Source of the DNA: Lachnospiraceae bacterium UBA7027
GTDB taxonomy: Bacteria; Bacillota; Clostridia; Lachnospirales; Lachnospiraceae
Direction of reading: 5' to 3'
Length of the DNA stretch: 64,000 nt
NCBI GenBank assembly: GCA_002494135.1
Contig: DLBG01000035.1
Coordinates: 10,036-74,035, forward strand
The position numbers and the translations under genes are program-made. Within the stretch, counting starts at the first letter, position 1; each line of letters opens with the position of its first letter. Shown here piece by piece: positions 28,973 to 37,310 of the stretch. Below the pieces are notes generated by a model that did no database searches, had not been told where the DNA came from, and saw nothing but the letters and a program-made list of their open reading frames with translations.

Positions 28973-29971
28973 TCAATACAGGTTGTGATCCTCCTGCGCG
29001 AATGCCTGCCGTTTGCGTTCCAGTTCCTCTTCAAAGAGACGTCTGGCCTGTTCCTCACGGTCAAGCTGCGCTTCGATTTTATGTAGTTCCGCCTTGGCCG
29101 CTATCTTGCGAATAAGCCTGAAAAGGAAGAACAGGGCAACCGCTCCGGCGATTCCGCCGATGTTGGCAAAGGTCCGGTAACTCGGGATCAGACGGAAATT
29201 CTCGTAAGCACCCTTTCCGGTAACCGGCAGGGATTGTACGGCATCGGAGCTGCCGTGATGATGGCCCGCCCAGTCGTTGTTGCATTTTAAGAAATAGTCA
29301 TATACCACGGCGTGGTTCTGATCGTCCCAGGTTACGTCGATGTTGTACCAGACTCCGTCCACACAGACGCTGTTCCATTCGTGATTGCTGCCGAACTCAC
29401 AGGTACAGGGAATGCCGAGTTCCTGCATAATCAGAAAGAACGACGAGGCATATCCGTTGCAGGCAGAGGACCGCAGATACAGACAGTTGAACGCACCCCC
29501 GTTGATATACGAATACTTGTTAATCTGAATCAGATAATCATGGACAGCCTTTACCTTGTCGTAATCACTATCCAGTTTATTATTTAGATTTTTGGCAATG
29601 GATTTTACGCGAAGGCGCGTAAAGAAAGCTGCGATTTTGGACGGTTTGCTGAATTTGAGCCTGGTCTTGTAGTGCGAGCCGGAAACGCTGTAGCGGTACT
29701 CATAATGATGCAGTTCCGCGCCGACGTACGGATTCTTCTTTAAAACTTCGGAAAAAACATGATCCAGCGTGGATTCCGAAGGACAAACCGTGCTTTCAAA
29801 CTTCACAACGCGTTTTCCGTCAACGGCAGCCTGCACGACAGCATTTAAAATCTGCTCATCGCTCGTAAGTGTTGCGGAAATCACGCGGGTATGTGAAATC
29901 TTACCGATAATAAGGAGGCCTACAATTGCACCGATCAATATGAAGATGGCAATTTCAGGTCTTTTTCTCAT
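28973..29971 (-). CDS. Transglutaminase-like domain membrane protein
   Basis: DYDKVKAVHDYL, ACNGYA, HEWNSV, WYNIDVTWD (Cys-His-Asp). Confidence 0.9.
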   Translation of the reverse strand: MRKRPEIAIFILIGAIVGLLIIGKISHTRVISATLTSDEQILNAVVQAAVDGKRVVKFESTVCPSESTLDHVFSEVLKKNPYVGAELHHYEYRYSVSGSHYKTRLKFSKPSKIAAFFTRLRVKSIAKNLNNKLDSDYDKVKAVHDYLIQINKYSYINGGAFNCLYLRSSACNGYASSFFLIMQELGIPCTCEFGSNHEWNSVCVDGVWYNIDVTWDDQNHAVVYDYFLKCNNDWAGHHHGSSDAVQSLPVTGKGAYENFRLIPSYRTFANIGGIAGAVALFFLFRLIRKIAAKAELHKIEAQLDREEQARRLFEEELERKRQAFAQEDHNLY

Positions 29972-29986
29972 ATTTTATCCTTTCAC

Positions 29987-30017
29987 GGGAAGAACGCTCC
30001 CGAAGGAGCGTCCTCCC
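29987..30017 (-). terminator. Hairpin downstream of flotillin
   Basis: gggaagaacgctcc-cgaa-ggagcgtcctccc inverted repeat. Confidence 0.55.
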
Positions 30018-30108
30018 TAAGTATGGAATCCCTTTTACACGGTATTGTCTGCTTCATCCCCGTTTTTCGGAGGGTATTGTTGTTTCTGCGTACCTTACGG
30101 GCTGTATG

Positions 30109-31635
30109 TTACTCCTGCACGGTTGCAGCGGAAACTTTCGTATTTCCTTCCGGATTCTGTACAACCAGATTTACATCTTCCAGTCCGGATAAATTGATAT
30201 TGCGATTTACCTTGGCATCATAGGACTCAGCATTGATGATGTTCGCAAGATCGATGCCGGTGGCTTCTTTCATGCTTTCAAAAACCTTCGCCATAACAAC
30301 CGGTACATTTCCGGCCACCTGCTCCACACCGTTGCCTGATCCTTCGCTGCCGCCGATGATGGTAATCTTGTCGATCTGTCCTAAAGGCTCCGCAACTTTC
30401 GCTGCGATATCGGGAAGAACCTTAATCATCATTTCCGCAACGGCTGCCTTGTTGTACTTCGCATATGCTTCGGCCTTCTTCTCCATGGCTTCCGCTTCCG
30501 CAAGACCTTTGGCTGCGATTGCCGCTGCCTCGGCTTCACCTACGGCACGGATACCGGCAGCTTCCTGTTCCTTGGCGTAACGTTCCGCTTCGGCCTGAGC
30601 CTTTCTGGCCTCTGCCTGACGGGTCGCTTCGAACTGTTTTGCTTCCGCATCTTTCTGACGCTGATACAGGTTAGCGTCGGCTTTCTGCTGAGCAGCATAT
30701 TTGTCGGCCTCTGCCTGTTTCTTAACCTCTGCTTCCAGAGCCTGTTCCTTTACGGAAACCTCTTTCTGCTTTAACTCAATTTCACGTTCCTGACGGGCGA
30801 TGTCCGCATTGGCCGTGGTAATTTCGATTGTTTTACGCTGTTCCTCTTTCTGGATTTCGTAAGCGGCATCCGCCATAGCCTTCTTGGTATCCGCATCCAT
30901 CTGCAACTCGGATTTCTTGATTGCCAGTTCGTTCTGTTTCTTTGCAATCTCGGTCTGAGCGGCAACGTTTGCATCGTTGGACTCTTTGTCGGCATTTGCC
31001 TGAGCGACTTTAATGTCTCTTTCGCTTTCGGCTCTCGCAATGGCTGCTGCCTTTTTAATCTTTACGATGTTATCGATACCGAGGTTCTCGATTACTTCAT
31101 TTCCGTCCACGAAATTCTGAACGTTGAAGGAGATGATATCAAGTCCCATGGCTGCAAGGTCCGGTTCCGCGTTCTCTTTTACGAGATTGGCAAATTTCTG
31201 ACGGTCGGAAACCATTTCCTCGAGTTTCATTTTACCTACGATTTCACGAACGTTACCTTCCAGCACTTCCCGTGCGACGCTTGCGATATATTCGGTAGGA
31301 CGGTTTAAGAAGTTCTCCGCCGCAAGATGCAGTTTGTCCGGTTCGGAACTAATCTTTACGTTAACGGTCGCATCCACGTTGATGTTAATGTAATCCGCGG
31401 TCGGTACCGCATTGGATGTTTTTACGTCAATCGGGATCAGCCTTAAATTCAGCTTATCCAGTCTTTCAAAGAAAGGAACCCGGATGGTTGCTTTACCGAT
31501 TGCAAATCTGGCTTTTCTTCTCAAACCGGAAATGATGTACGCCATGTCGGGGGGCGCCTTTACGTAACCGATAAAGAAGAAAATCACCAACACGATAACT
31601 ATAAACAAAATACCTGCTAAAATTTGAAACGGCAT
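30109..31635 (-). CDS. Flotillin / SPFH domain protein
   Basis: REVLEGNVREIVG; AEA-rich coiled coil; PLGQIDKITII. Confidence 0.95.
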   Translation of the reverse strand: MPFQILAGILFIVIVLVIFFFIGYVKAPPDMAYIISGLRRKARFAIGKATIRVPFFERLDKLNLRLIPIDVKTSNAVPTADYININVDATVNVKISSEPDKLHLAAENFLNRPTEYIASVAREVLEGNVREIVGKMKLEEMVSDRQKFANLVKENAEPDLAAMGLDIISFNVQNFVDGNEVIENLGIDNIVKIKKAAAIARAESERDIKVAQANADKESNDANVAAQTEIAKKQNELAIKKSELQMDADTKKAMADAAYEIQKEEQRKTIEITTANADIARQEREIELKQKEVSVKEQALEAEVKKQAEADKYAAQQKADANLYQRQKDAEAKQFEATRQAEARKAQAEAERYAKEQEAAGIRAVGEAEAAAIAAKGLAEAEAMEKKAEAYAKYNKAAVAEMMIKVLPDIAAKVAEPLGQIDKITIIGGSEGSGNGVEQVAGNVPVVMAKVFESMKEATGIDLANIINAESYDAKVNRNINLSGLEDVNLVVQNPEGNTKVSAATVQE

Positions 31636-31796
31636 ATTCTTTCCTCCATTCTGTCATGCCCTGATTCGTCTGACGAATCCTTTTCTTGTTGAAAAATATT
31701 CTACCTGCTTCCCTTCCATAATAAAACAGCAATCTGTGTTAATGGAAGCTTTTTATTTTGCACTAATTGCAGAAATTGCAGAACAGACTCCCGCGC

Positions 31797-32270
31797 TTAC
31801 TCTCTTGCGTTAATCTGCTTCTCTACCCAAAGCTGCAGCTCTTCCACAGTCTGGGAAATCCGTTCAAGTTCTTCCTGAATGCTCTTAAAATCGGTCATTT
31901 CATCTTCCTCGATGGACCCGTCCGCAGTAATCTCAATCAGCCGGTCCCTGCATTTTTGTGCAGCCGTTAAGGAAGCAAGCATCTCCAAAACGATTTGCGA
32001 CAGATCCTTTACCTGCACTTCGGGAACGTAATGGTGGCCGATGGCACATTCTTTGGAGCAGTAATAATTGCAAAGTTCCGGTGCGTTATACTTCTTTGCC
32101 ATTACCATTATTTCATCCGGGCGGGCATCGAATTTATTGTTTTCGATACGCTCTAAACGCTCCGGGGTGATGAATTCAAGCATTTCGCTTGCCTTCTCGC
32201 GGCTTAATCCTCTTTCCTCCCGCAGGATCTGGTAAACGGATTTGTTTTCTTTTTTTGATACTCGTGGCAT
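31797..32270 (-). CDS. XRE-family HTH protein
   Basis: REERGLSREKASE...LERIEN; start moved to MPRVSKK. Confidence 0.9.
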   Translation of the reverse strand: MPRVSKKENKSVYQILREERGLSREKASEMLEFITPERLERIENNKFDARPDEIMVMAKKYNAPELCNYYCSKECAIGHHYVPEVQVKDLSQIVLEMLASLTAAQKCRDRLIEITADGSIEEDEMTDFKSIQEELERISQTVEELQLWVEKQINARE

Positions 32271-32364
32271 TTTAATTCCCCCCATTTAAACAGAATGTTA
32301 GGATGTATCTTTACGGATACGCGAATGATTTTACACGTACAAATTTTAACACAGGAAAATACTC

Positions 32365-32394
32365 TTGACAAATGATGTCTTTTACTTATATAAT
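32365..32394 (+). promoter_or_regulatory. Consensus SigA promoter for the tRNA
   Basis: TTGACA-N18-TATAAT ending 40 bp before the tRNA. Confidence 0.85.
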
Positions 32395-32434
32395 AACCTG
32401 CGCAGGCCAAAAATACCTGCTCTTCATAACGACT

Positions 32435-32509
32435 CGGGGTGTGGCTCAGTTTGGCTAGAGCGCTGCCTTAGGGAGGCAGAGGTCGCAAGTTCGAATCTTG
32501 TCACTCCGA
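32435..32509 (+). tRNA. tRNA-Pro, anticodon AGG (CCA end not encoded)
   Basis: Acceptor CGGGGTG/CACTCCG with A73; D-arm GCTC/GAGC; anticodon stem CTGCC/GGCAG with loop TT-AGG-GA; T-arm GCAAG-TTCGAAT-CTTGT. Confidence 0.95.
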
Positions 32510-32517
32510 CTTAAAAT

Positions 32518-32560
32518 AATCAAGGGATCGCGAATTTCGTAATCCCTTGATTTTTATTTT
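32518..32560 (+). terminator. Intrinsic terminator after the tRNA
   Basis: AATCAAGGGAT...ATCCCTTGATT followed by a T-tract. Confidence 0.85.
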
Positions 32561-32642
32561 CTAACCGATTTTTCTAACCGTTTTTTTCCACGCTCACAAT
32601 TATATACTATTTATTTTATCTTTTGGGGTCATCTTCCGATAA

Positions 32643-32725
32643 CTCTTTAAAATACCGTCAGAATATCTCTTTAAAATTCTGTCGGAATATCTCTTTAAAT
32701 TCCGTCAGAAAATCTCTTCAAAATA
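32643..32725. repeat. About 24-bp imperfect tandem repeat (about 3.5 copies) of the HAD gene 3' end
   Basis: ctctttaaaataccgtcagaatat / ctctttaaaattctgtcggaatat / ctctttaaattccgtcagaaaat / ctcttcaaaata. Confidence 0.8.
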
Positions 32726-33385
32726 CGCCTTCACGTCAAAAAGCGAATCGAATTTCCTATGGCAAAGTCCCTTAATCTCATCATCCGGCATCAGTAAATC
32801 GGGCACCATAATCGGTGACATGCCCGCCGCGTGTGCCGCGCGGATTCCGTTAAAGGAGTCTTCAATTACAAAATAATTCTTTTTATCGTTATCGAACTTA
32901 TCCGAAACCAGCCCGGCTTTTTTTAGTTCGCCTGCCGCCAGAAGAAAAATCTCCGGATCGGGTTTAGACCTGCTGACCATGTCTCCGCCGATTACCAGAT
33001 TAAAATAATCCAAAAGACCTGCATCCCCAAGTTCCGCTTCCACCACGGGCTTTCTCGTGGAGGAGGCTAAAGCCGTTACCACGCCATGCTCTTTTAAAAA
33101 TCCCAGAAGCTCGCGAATCCCGGGCTTTGTCGGGAGCTTTCCGCCGTCATATTTGGCGTGAAATCTTTCGGAAATCACCTGTTTATGCTTTCTGTAGTCA
33201 AAATCTTCTCCGAACTGTTCCTTAAACAGTCCCATTGTGGCAACGTCCGTAATCCCAATGCATCGGTAAATCAAGGTGTCCACGCCCTTTAATCCGACTT
33301 CTTTTGCATACTCAATCCATAATTCACAAATCACTTTTTCGGAATCGAAAATGACTCCGTCCATATCAAAAATTACTGCCTGCAT
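32705..33385 (-). CDS. HAD-superfamily phosphatase (beta-PGM-like)
   Basis: FDMDGVIFDSE, ASST, KPDPEIF, IEDSFNG. Confidence 0.95.
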   Translation of the reverse strand: MQAVIFDMDGVIFDSEKVICELWIEYAKEVGLKGVDTLIYRCIGITDVATMGLFKEQFGEDFDYRKHKQVISERFHAKYDGGKLPTKPGIRELLGFLKEHGVVTALASSTRKPVVEAELGDAGLLDYFNLVIGGDMVSRSKPDPEIFLLAAGELKKAGLVSDKFDNDKKNYFVIEDSFNGIRAAHAAGMSPIMVPDLLMPDDEIKGLCHRKFDSLFDVKAYFEEIF

Positions 33386-33617
33386 CTTTCTTTTACCCGG
33401 TGCGTACAGCGACCTTTTCTCTCCTTCGATTTTATAAAATTCCGAATCTTTTCCAAAAATGGACCACTAACCCCGTCCCCATGGTCCATTATATCAAAAA
33501 AAGCGGGGGAATTTCCCATAAAATTATCTTTCTGTTTACGTTATATGTTACAGAGACATAAATTACGGCATGAAGCCGCTGCATAATCCGTAAAAATCCG
33601 CTGCAAAGGAGCCTTAA

Positions 33618-34388
33618 ATGAAAAACAAAAAAGTCCTCATTCCAGTATTCATCATCGCAGGATGCCTGCTTACCGCACTTCTTGCGGTTTTCGTGTTTTT
33701 CGCGGTTTTCTTGACAAGAGTCCGCAATGTACTGCCCTTCCCCGTACTAAGTTCCGCAAAGCGGACGGGAAAGACGATCGTTGCAACCGTCACGCCGGAC
33801 AGACTCTCGGCACAGAAACTGAAAAAGGTCGGTAAGCATATTCTGTACGAAGAGGATTTCTTTGAGCGCTGCTATCTTGATAAAGAGGAAAAGAACGCAG
33901 TCCTTGATGTCTTACCGAAAATCGACAGGCAGTTAACGGATGACGTCTGTCTTACCATGATGAACAGAAGCGACGGAACACTCGGCTACGATTATCGATT
34001 CGGATTCTATCAGATGCTTAACGGTGCCGTTATCGACGACACCTTTGAAGAAGTCATTGTCAATGACGGCAGAATCACCGTCACTGCGAGCGGCTCGAAA
34101 CCGTTTATTTCCGGAATCCAGCCCCCGGAATCGCAGAATATTGCCTCCGTAGACGATATCTATGATATTGTCCTTGAGCACTGCAATGCCCATAAGCGGG
34201 AAATGACCCTTTCCGAGTCGGAACCCTTAAAAGGCACCTATGTTTTAAAATACGGTCTGATTGCCCCGACACAGTCTTTCGACTACTATTACTTTTTTAC
34301 CGTCAATGAATACAGCCACTTAAAAGTAAGCCCGTATACCGGCGAAATTTATGAAGAGTACTACTGGAACGGAGTCTATATAGACTGA
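33618..34388 (+). CDS. Membrane-anchored hypothetical protein, FTP/PepSY-like segments
   Basis: AAGGAG RBS; N-terminal TM; FYQMLNGAVIDD..V.VNDGRI and KVSPYTGEI. Confidence 0.75.
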   Translation: MKNKKVLIPVFIIAGCLLTALLAVFVFFAVFLTRVRNVLPFPVLSSAKRTGKTIVATVTPDRLSAQKLKKVGKHILYEEDFFERCYLDKEEKNAVLDVLPKIDRQLTDDVCLTMMNRSDGTLGYDYRFGFYQMLNGAVIDDTFEEVIVNDGRITVTASGSKPFISGIQPPESQNIASVDDIYDIVLEHCNAHKREMTLSESEPLKGTYVLKYGLIAPTQSFDYYYFFTVNEYSHLKVSPYTGEIYEEYYWNGVYID

Positions 34389-34490
34389 GTGGAAGATATG
34401 CGGTATCTGTGATACAATAACGAAAGTTATTGTTACGCTAAATTCGAAGATTTTATGATATAATGACATCCGAAAGGATAATTCAGCGTC

Positions 34491-36194
34491 ATGAAGAGTA
34501 AAAGCATCAAAGCAGATACCGTCGTCACCGTAATTTTTCTCGGACTGGAAAGCCTTCTGGCTCTCGGAGTCCTTGGATTTGTTATTAAAGGAAGCCCTTT
34601 AAAATCGCTGGGCTGCATTCTCTGGGGACTGGTTCTCTGCCTGCTCTATTTTATCAGACCGGCTTCTCCTCTTCATTCCATTCCCGCTTTTCCCGGATTG
34701 TCCGGTGCAAACAGCGTTCCCGAAGGAACAAAAAAAATCCGTATCACTCCGCAGGCCGTCGTCACGATGGTAACCTGCCTGATTCTGATTCTTGCCTCCG
34801 TCCTTCCGATGGGGCTTGCTCCCGCTTACAACGGAGAATACCCGCAGCACCGCAACCAGTATGAAATTCTGGCTCGCTCTTTCCTGCACGGCCATATCTA
34901 TATGGAATATAACGACATCGATCCGCGTCTTGCCACGATGAACAATCCGTACGATCCCGCAGAACGCAGCGAGCTGGGTGTCGCCGTTCATTCCGACAAT
35001 GCCTACTATAAGGGCACCTATTACATGTATTTCGGCGTTGTTCCCGTACTGATTCTCTTTCTGCCCTACCTTGCCGTTACGGGACACGATCTGACCACAT
35101 ACCATGCGACGCAGGTTTTTACGGCCTTTGCAATTCTGGGCATCTTCCTTCTTTTTTATCAGATCGGACGACGCTATTTTAAAAAGATGTCCATCGTAAC
35201 CTATCTTTGCCTCTGCTGTGCCATGTCCGTCATCGCCGCAAGCTGCAGTATCGCCATTCCGGCTCTCTACTGCACCGCAACTTCATCGGCAAGCTGCATG
35301 ATGATCTGGAGCATCTATTTCTTCTTTACGGGCGTCTTTTTAACCGATCCCGTAAAATACAAATGGCGCCGTGTTCTTCTCTGTGTCCTCGGTTCCTTTT
35401 TCGGAGCCCTCGCATTCGGATGCAGACCGACGGCGGCTCTTGGAAACATTCTCCTGATTCCCTTCTGTATCGAATTCATTGCAAGTGAAATCCGCAGGAA
35501 CAAAGAGGAGGGAAAGAAAACGAACGGGGCAGGGCTCTTCGGAAGAGTCTGCATCGTGGCCCTTCCCTATGTCATAATCCTTGCTCTTTTGATGATTTAT
35601 AACTACGCACGGTTCGAAAGTCCTTTCGAGTTCGGCCAGTCCTACCAGCTGACCGGCTTTGACCAGAGCGACTACGGCACTTCCCTTGCGAACTTCAGCG
35701 AAGTTCGTATCGTAAACGGAATCTTTACAAACTTTATCGGATTCACCGGAATCCGCGGTGTCTTCCCTTACATCTATTACCAGAGTGCTTTTGTAAACTA
35801 CCCTGTACTGCTTGCGGTATTCGGCATCTTTTTACCGCGGATCCGGAAGCGTGCGAAAATCCATCATTTAAATCTCTTCATGGTAATGCTTTTTATCGGT
35901 CCGCTTTTCACCACCTTCATGCAGATGGGATGGGCTCCCGGCGACGGAAGCGCGGAGCGCTACCGCATGGACATCTATTATCTGATGGTGACGCTGTCCT
36001 TCCTTACCATCGGCTTTTTCCTAGAGTGCCTCTCAAACGAACGCCGCAATCGTTACGGCTTTCTCGTCTGCCTTCTCTGTCTTTCCGCCATGGGAATCAC
36101 GGCCTTTTTCTTAATGTATCCCTGTGACTATAATTACATGCACTGGTTCCCGGAGAAACTTGAAATCGCAAGACAGATTATTCTGCTGCACTGA
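34491..36194 (+). CDS. Polytopic membrane protein, GT-C-like glycosyltransferase candidate
   Basis: More than 10 TM; large first loop with YYMYFGVVP; GCRP; YNYARFESPFEFGQSYQLT; ERY. Confidence 0.7.
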   Translation: MKSKSIKADTVVTVIFLGLESLLALGVLGFVIKGSPLKSLGCILWGLVLCLLYFIRPASPLHSIPAFPGLSGANSVPEGTKKIRITPQAVVTMVTCLILILASVLPMGLAPAYNGEYPQHRNQYEILARSFLHGHIYMEYNDIDPRLATMNNPYDPAERSELGVAVHSDNAYYKGTYYMYFGVVPVLILFLPYLAVTGHDLTTYHATQVFTAFAILGIFLLFYQIGRRYFKKMSIVTYLCLCCAMSVIAASCSIAIPALYCTATSSASCMMIWSIYFFFTGVFLTDPVKYKWRRVLLCVLGSFFGALAFGCRPTAALGNILLIPFCIEFIASEIRRNKEEGKKTNGAGLFGRVCIVALPYVIILALLMIYNYARFESPFEFGQSYQLTGFDQSDYGTSLANFSEVRIVNGIFTNFIGFTGIRGVFPYIYYQSAFVNYPVLLAVFGIFLPRIRKRAKIHHLNLFMVMLFIGPLFTTFMQMGWAPGDGSAERYRMDIYYLMVTLSFLTIGFFLECLSNERRNRYGFLVCLLCLSAMGITAFFLMYPCDYNYMHWFPEKLEIARQIILLH

Positions 36195-36251
36195 TAAGTT
36201 ATTCTGCTGCACTGATGCGTTCTCCTGCCGGACATTTTCAAATTTCGCATC

Positions 36252-36279
36252 AAAAAAGCACGGTCGAAACCGTGCTTTT
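36252..36279. terminator. Bidirectional intrinsic terminator
   Basis: AAAAAAGCACGGT-CGAA-ACCGTGCTTTT between convergent genes. Confidence 0.85.
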
Positions 36280-36330
36280 CTTATTCGTTTTCATTATATC
36301 CGCAAGTCCAAAATACCGAAAGCGTTCCGC

Positions 36331-36999
36331 CTACTCTTCGCCTTCCTTGTAATGTACAAGGTCCATTGCCCAGTTCTGGTCAACGATGATGTCACCGCTT
36401 CTGCGAATGGGCTTTAAAAGATATTCGAATCTACCGTCCATGTCCTCATAATCCTGCATGTTGAAATCGGTGGAAACTTCTCCTTCCTTCGTACGGAATG
36501 CCACCTGGTATTCCCCTTCGGAGCCGTAAACATAGGACTCTTTGATTTCCGGAACCAGCGCGGGATATTCCACCTGGAACTTGGTTAAATAAAGCAGTTT
36601 CGCAAGTTCCATCACGCGGTCGTCCATGTTTTCGTCGAAAATCATGATTTTTTCCTTTAACTGACGGTAGCTTCGAACCACACGGTAAATGTATCTGCCC
36701 TTCAGTTCCTCTGCCGCCGTGTTCTCCTTGCCGCGGAAAAGTTCGACTGCCTTCTCGGCATCCGCATCGTTACGCACATAATAAATCATAACGCCCTTTT
36801 CCACATTGTGATACAAAAGGCCGTATTCCACGAAAACCAATGCTCCGCAGTGCGGGCATTTGTATTCAAACAATGTCATGTCCTTTAACTTATCCGCAAG
36901 TTCGGGATCTTCCTTCGTATTGATGCTGTTATACACGGTAAAATCACCGGTACCGCCGCATTTCGGACAGGTAATGGTCTTAACTTTGCTTACTGACAT
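36331..36999 (-). CDS. CpXC domain zinc-ribbon protein
   Basis: ITCPKCG, SINTKEDPEL, YKCPHCG, LLYH, LKEKIMIFD...DDRVMEL. Confidence 0.88.
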   Translation of the reverse strand: MSVSKVKTITCPKCGGTGDFTVYNSINTKEDPELADKLKDMTLFEYKCPHCGALVFVEYGLLYHNVEKGVMIYYVRNDADAEKAVELFRGKENTAAEELKGRYIYRVVRSYRQLKEKIMIFDENMDDRVMELAKLLYLTKFQVEYPALVPEIKESYVYGSEGEYQVAFRTKEGEVSTDFNMQDYEDMDGRFEYLLKPIRRSGDIIVDQNWAMDLVHYKEGEE

Positions 37000-37014
37000 T
37001 TCACTTCCCCAATC

Positions 37015-37188
37015 TTAGATTTTTTTCAAAATAAATTTCACTGCCTTTAAGAGAAGCAGGATACAAATACATCCGAGCGCAATCGTAATCATTTTTTTCA
37101 CGAATCTGCAACGGCATATTTTCTTTCTTTTTCCTTTTTTCTTACAGCTGCAGTGACCTTTTAAACATTTGCATTTGTTCATTTTCAT
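37015..37188 (-). CDS. 57-aa cationic Cys-rich peptide with C-terminal hydrophobic helix
   Basis: GAGGGG RBS; own promoter; MKMNKCKCLKGHCSCKKKGKRKKICRCRFVKKMITIALGCICILLLLKAVKFILKKI. Confidence 0.65.
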   Translation of the reverse strand: MKMNKCKCLKGHCSCKKKGKRKKICRCRFVKKMITIALGCICILLLLKAVKFILKKI

Positions 37189-37229
37189 ACGGGTATCCCC
37201 CTCTCGTGATGTAGTTTTTAACAAGAAAT

Positions 37230-37258
37230 ATTATACTCTCCTTTTGAAAAGAATGCAA
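37230..37258 (-). promoter_or_regulatory. SigA-type promoter for peptide + CpXC
   Basis: TTGCAT-N17-TATAAT. Confidence 0.75.
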
Positions 37259-37289
37259 AAAAACCTCCCGGAATATTTTCCGGGAGGTC
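37257..37289 (-). terminator. Intrinsic terminator after lysC
   Basis: ACCTCCCGGAA...TTCCGGGAGGT followed by a T run on minus. Confidence 0.85.
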
Positions 37290-37310
37290 TAAGCTTATCG
37301 CTTTATCCTT

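Noticed and set aside
31797-32270. XRE gene beside a tRNA as a prophage
   Set aside because: No integrase, structural or replication genes nearby
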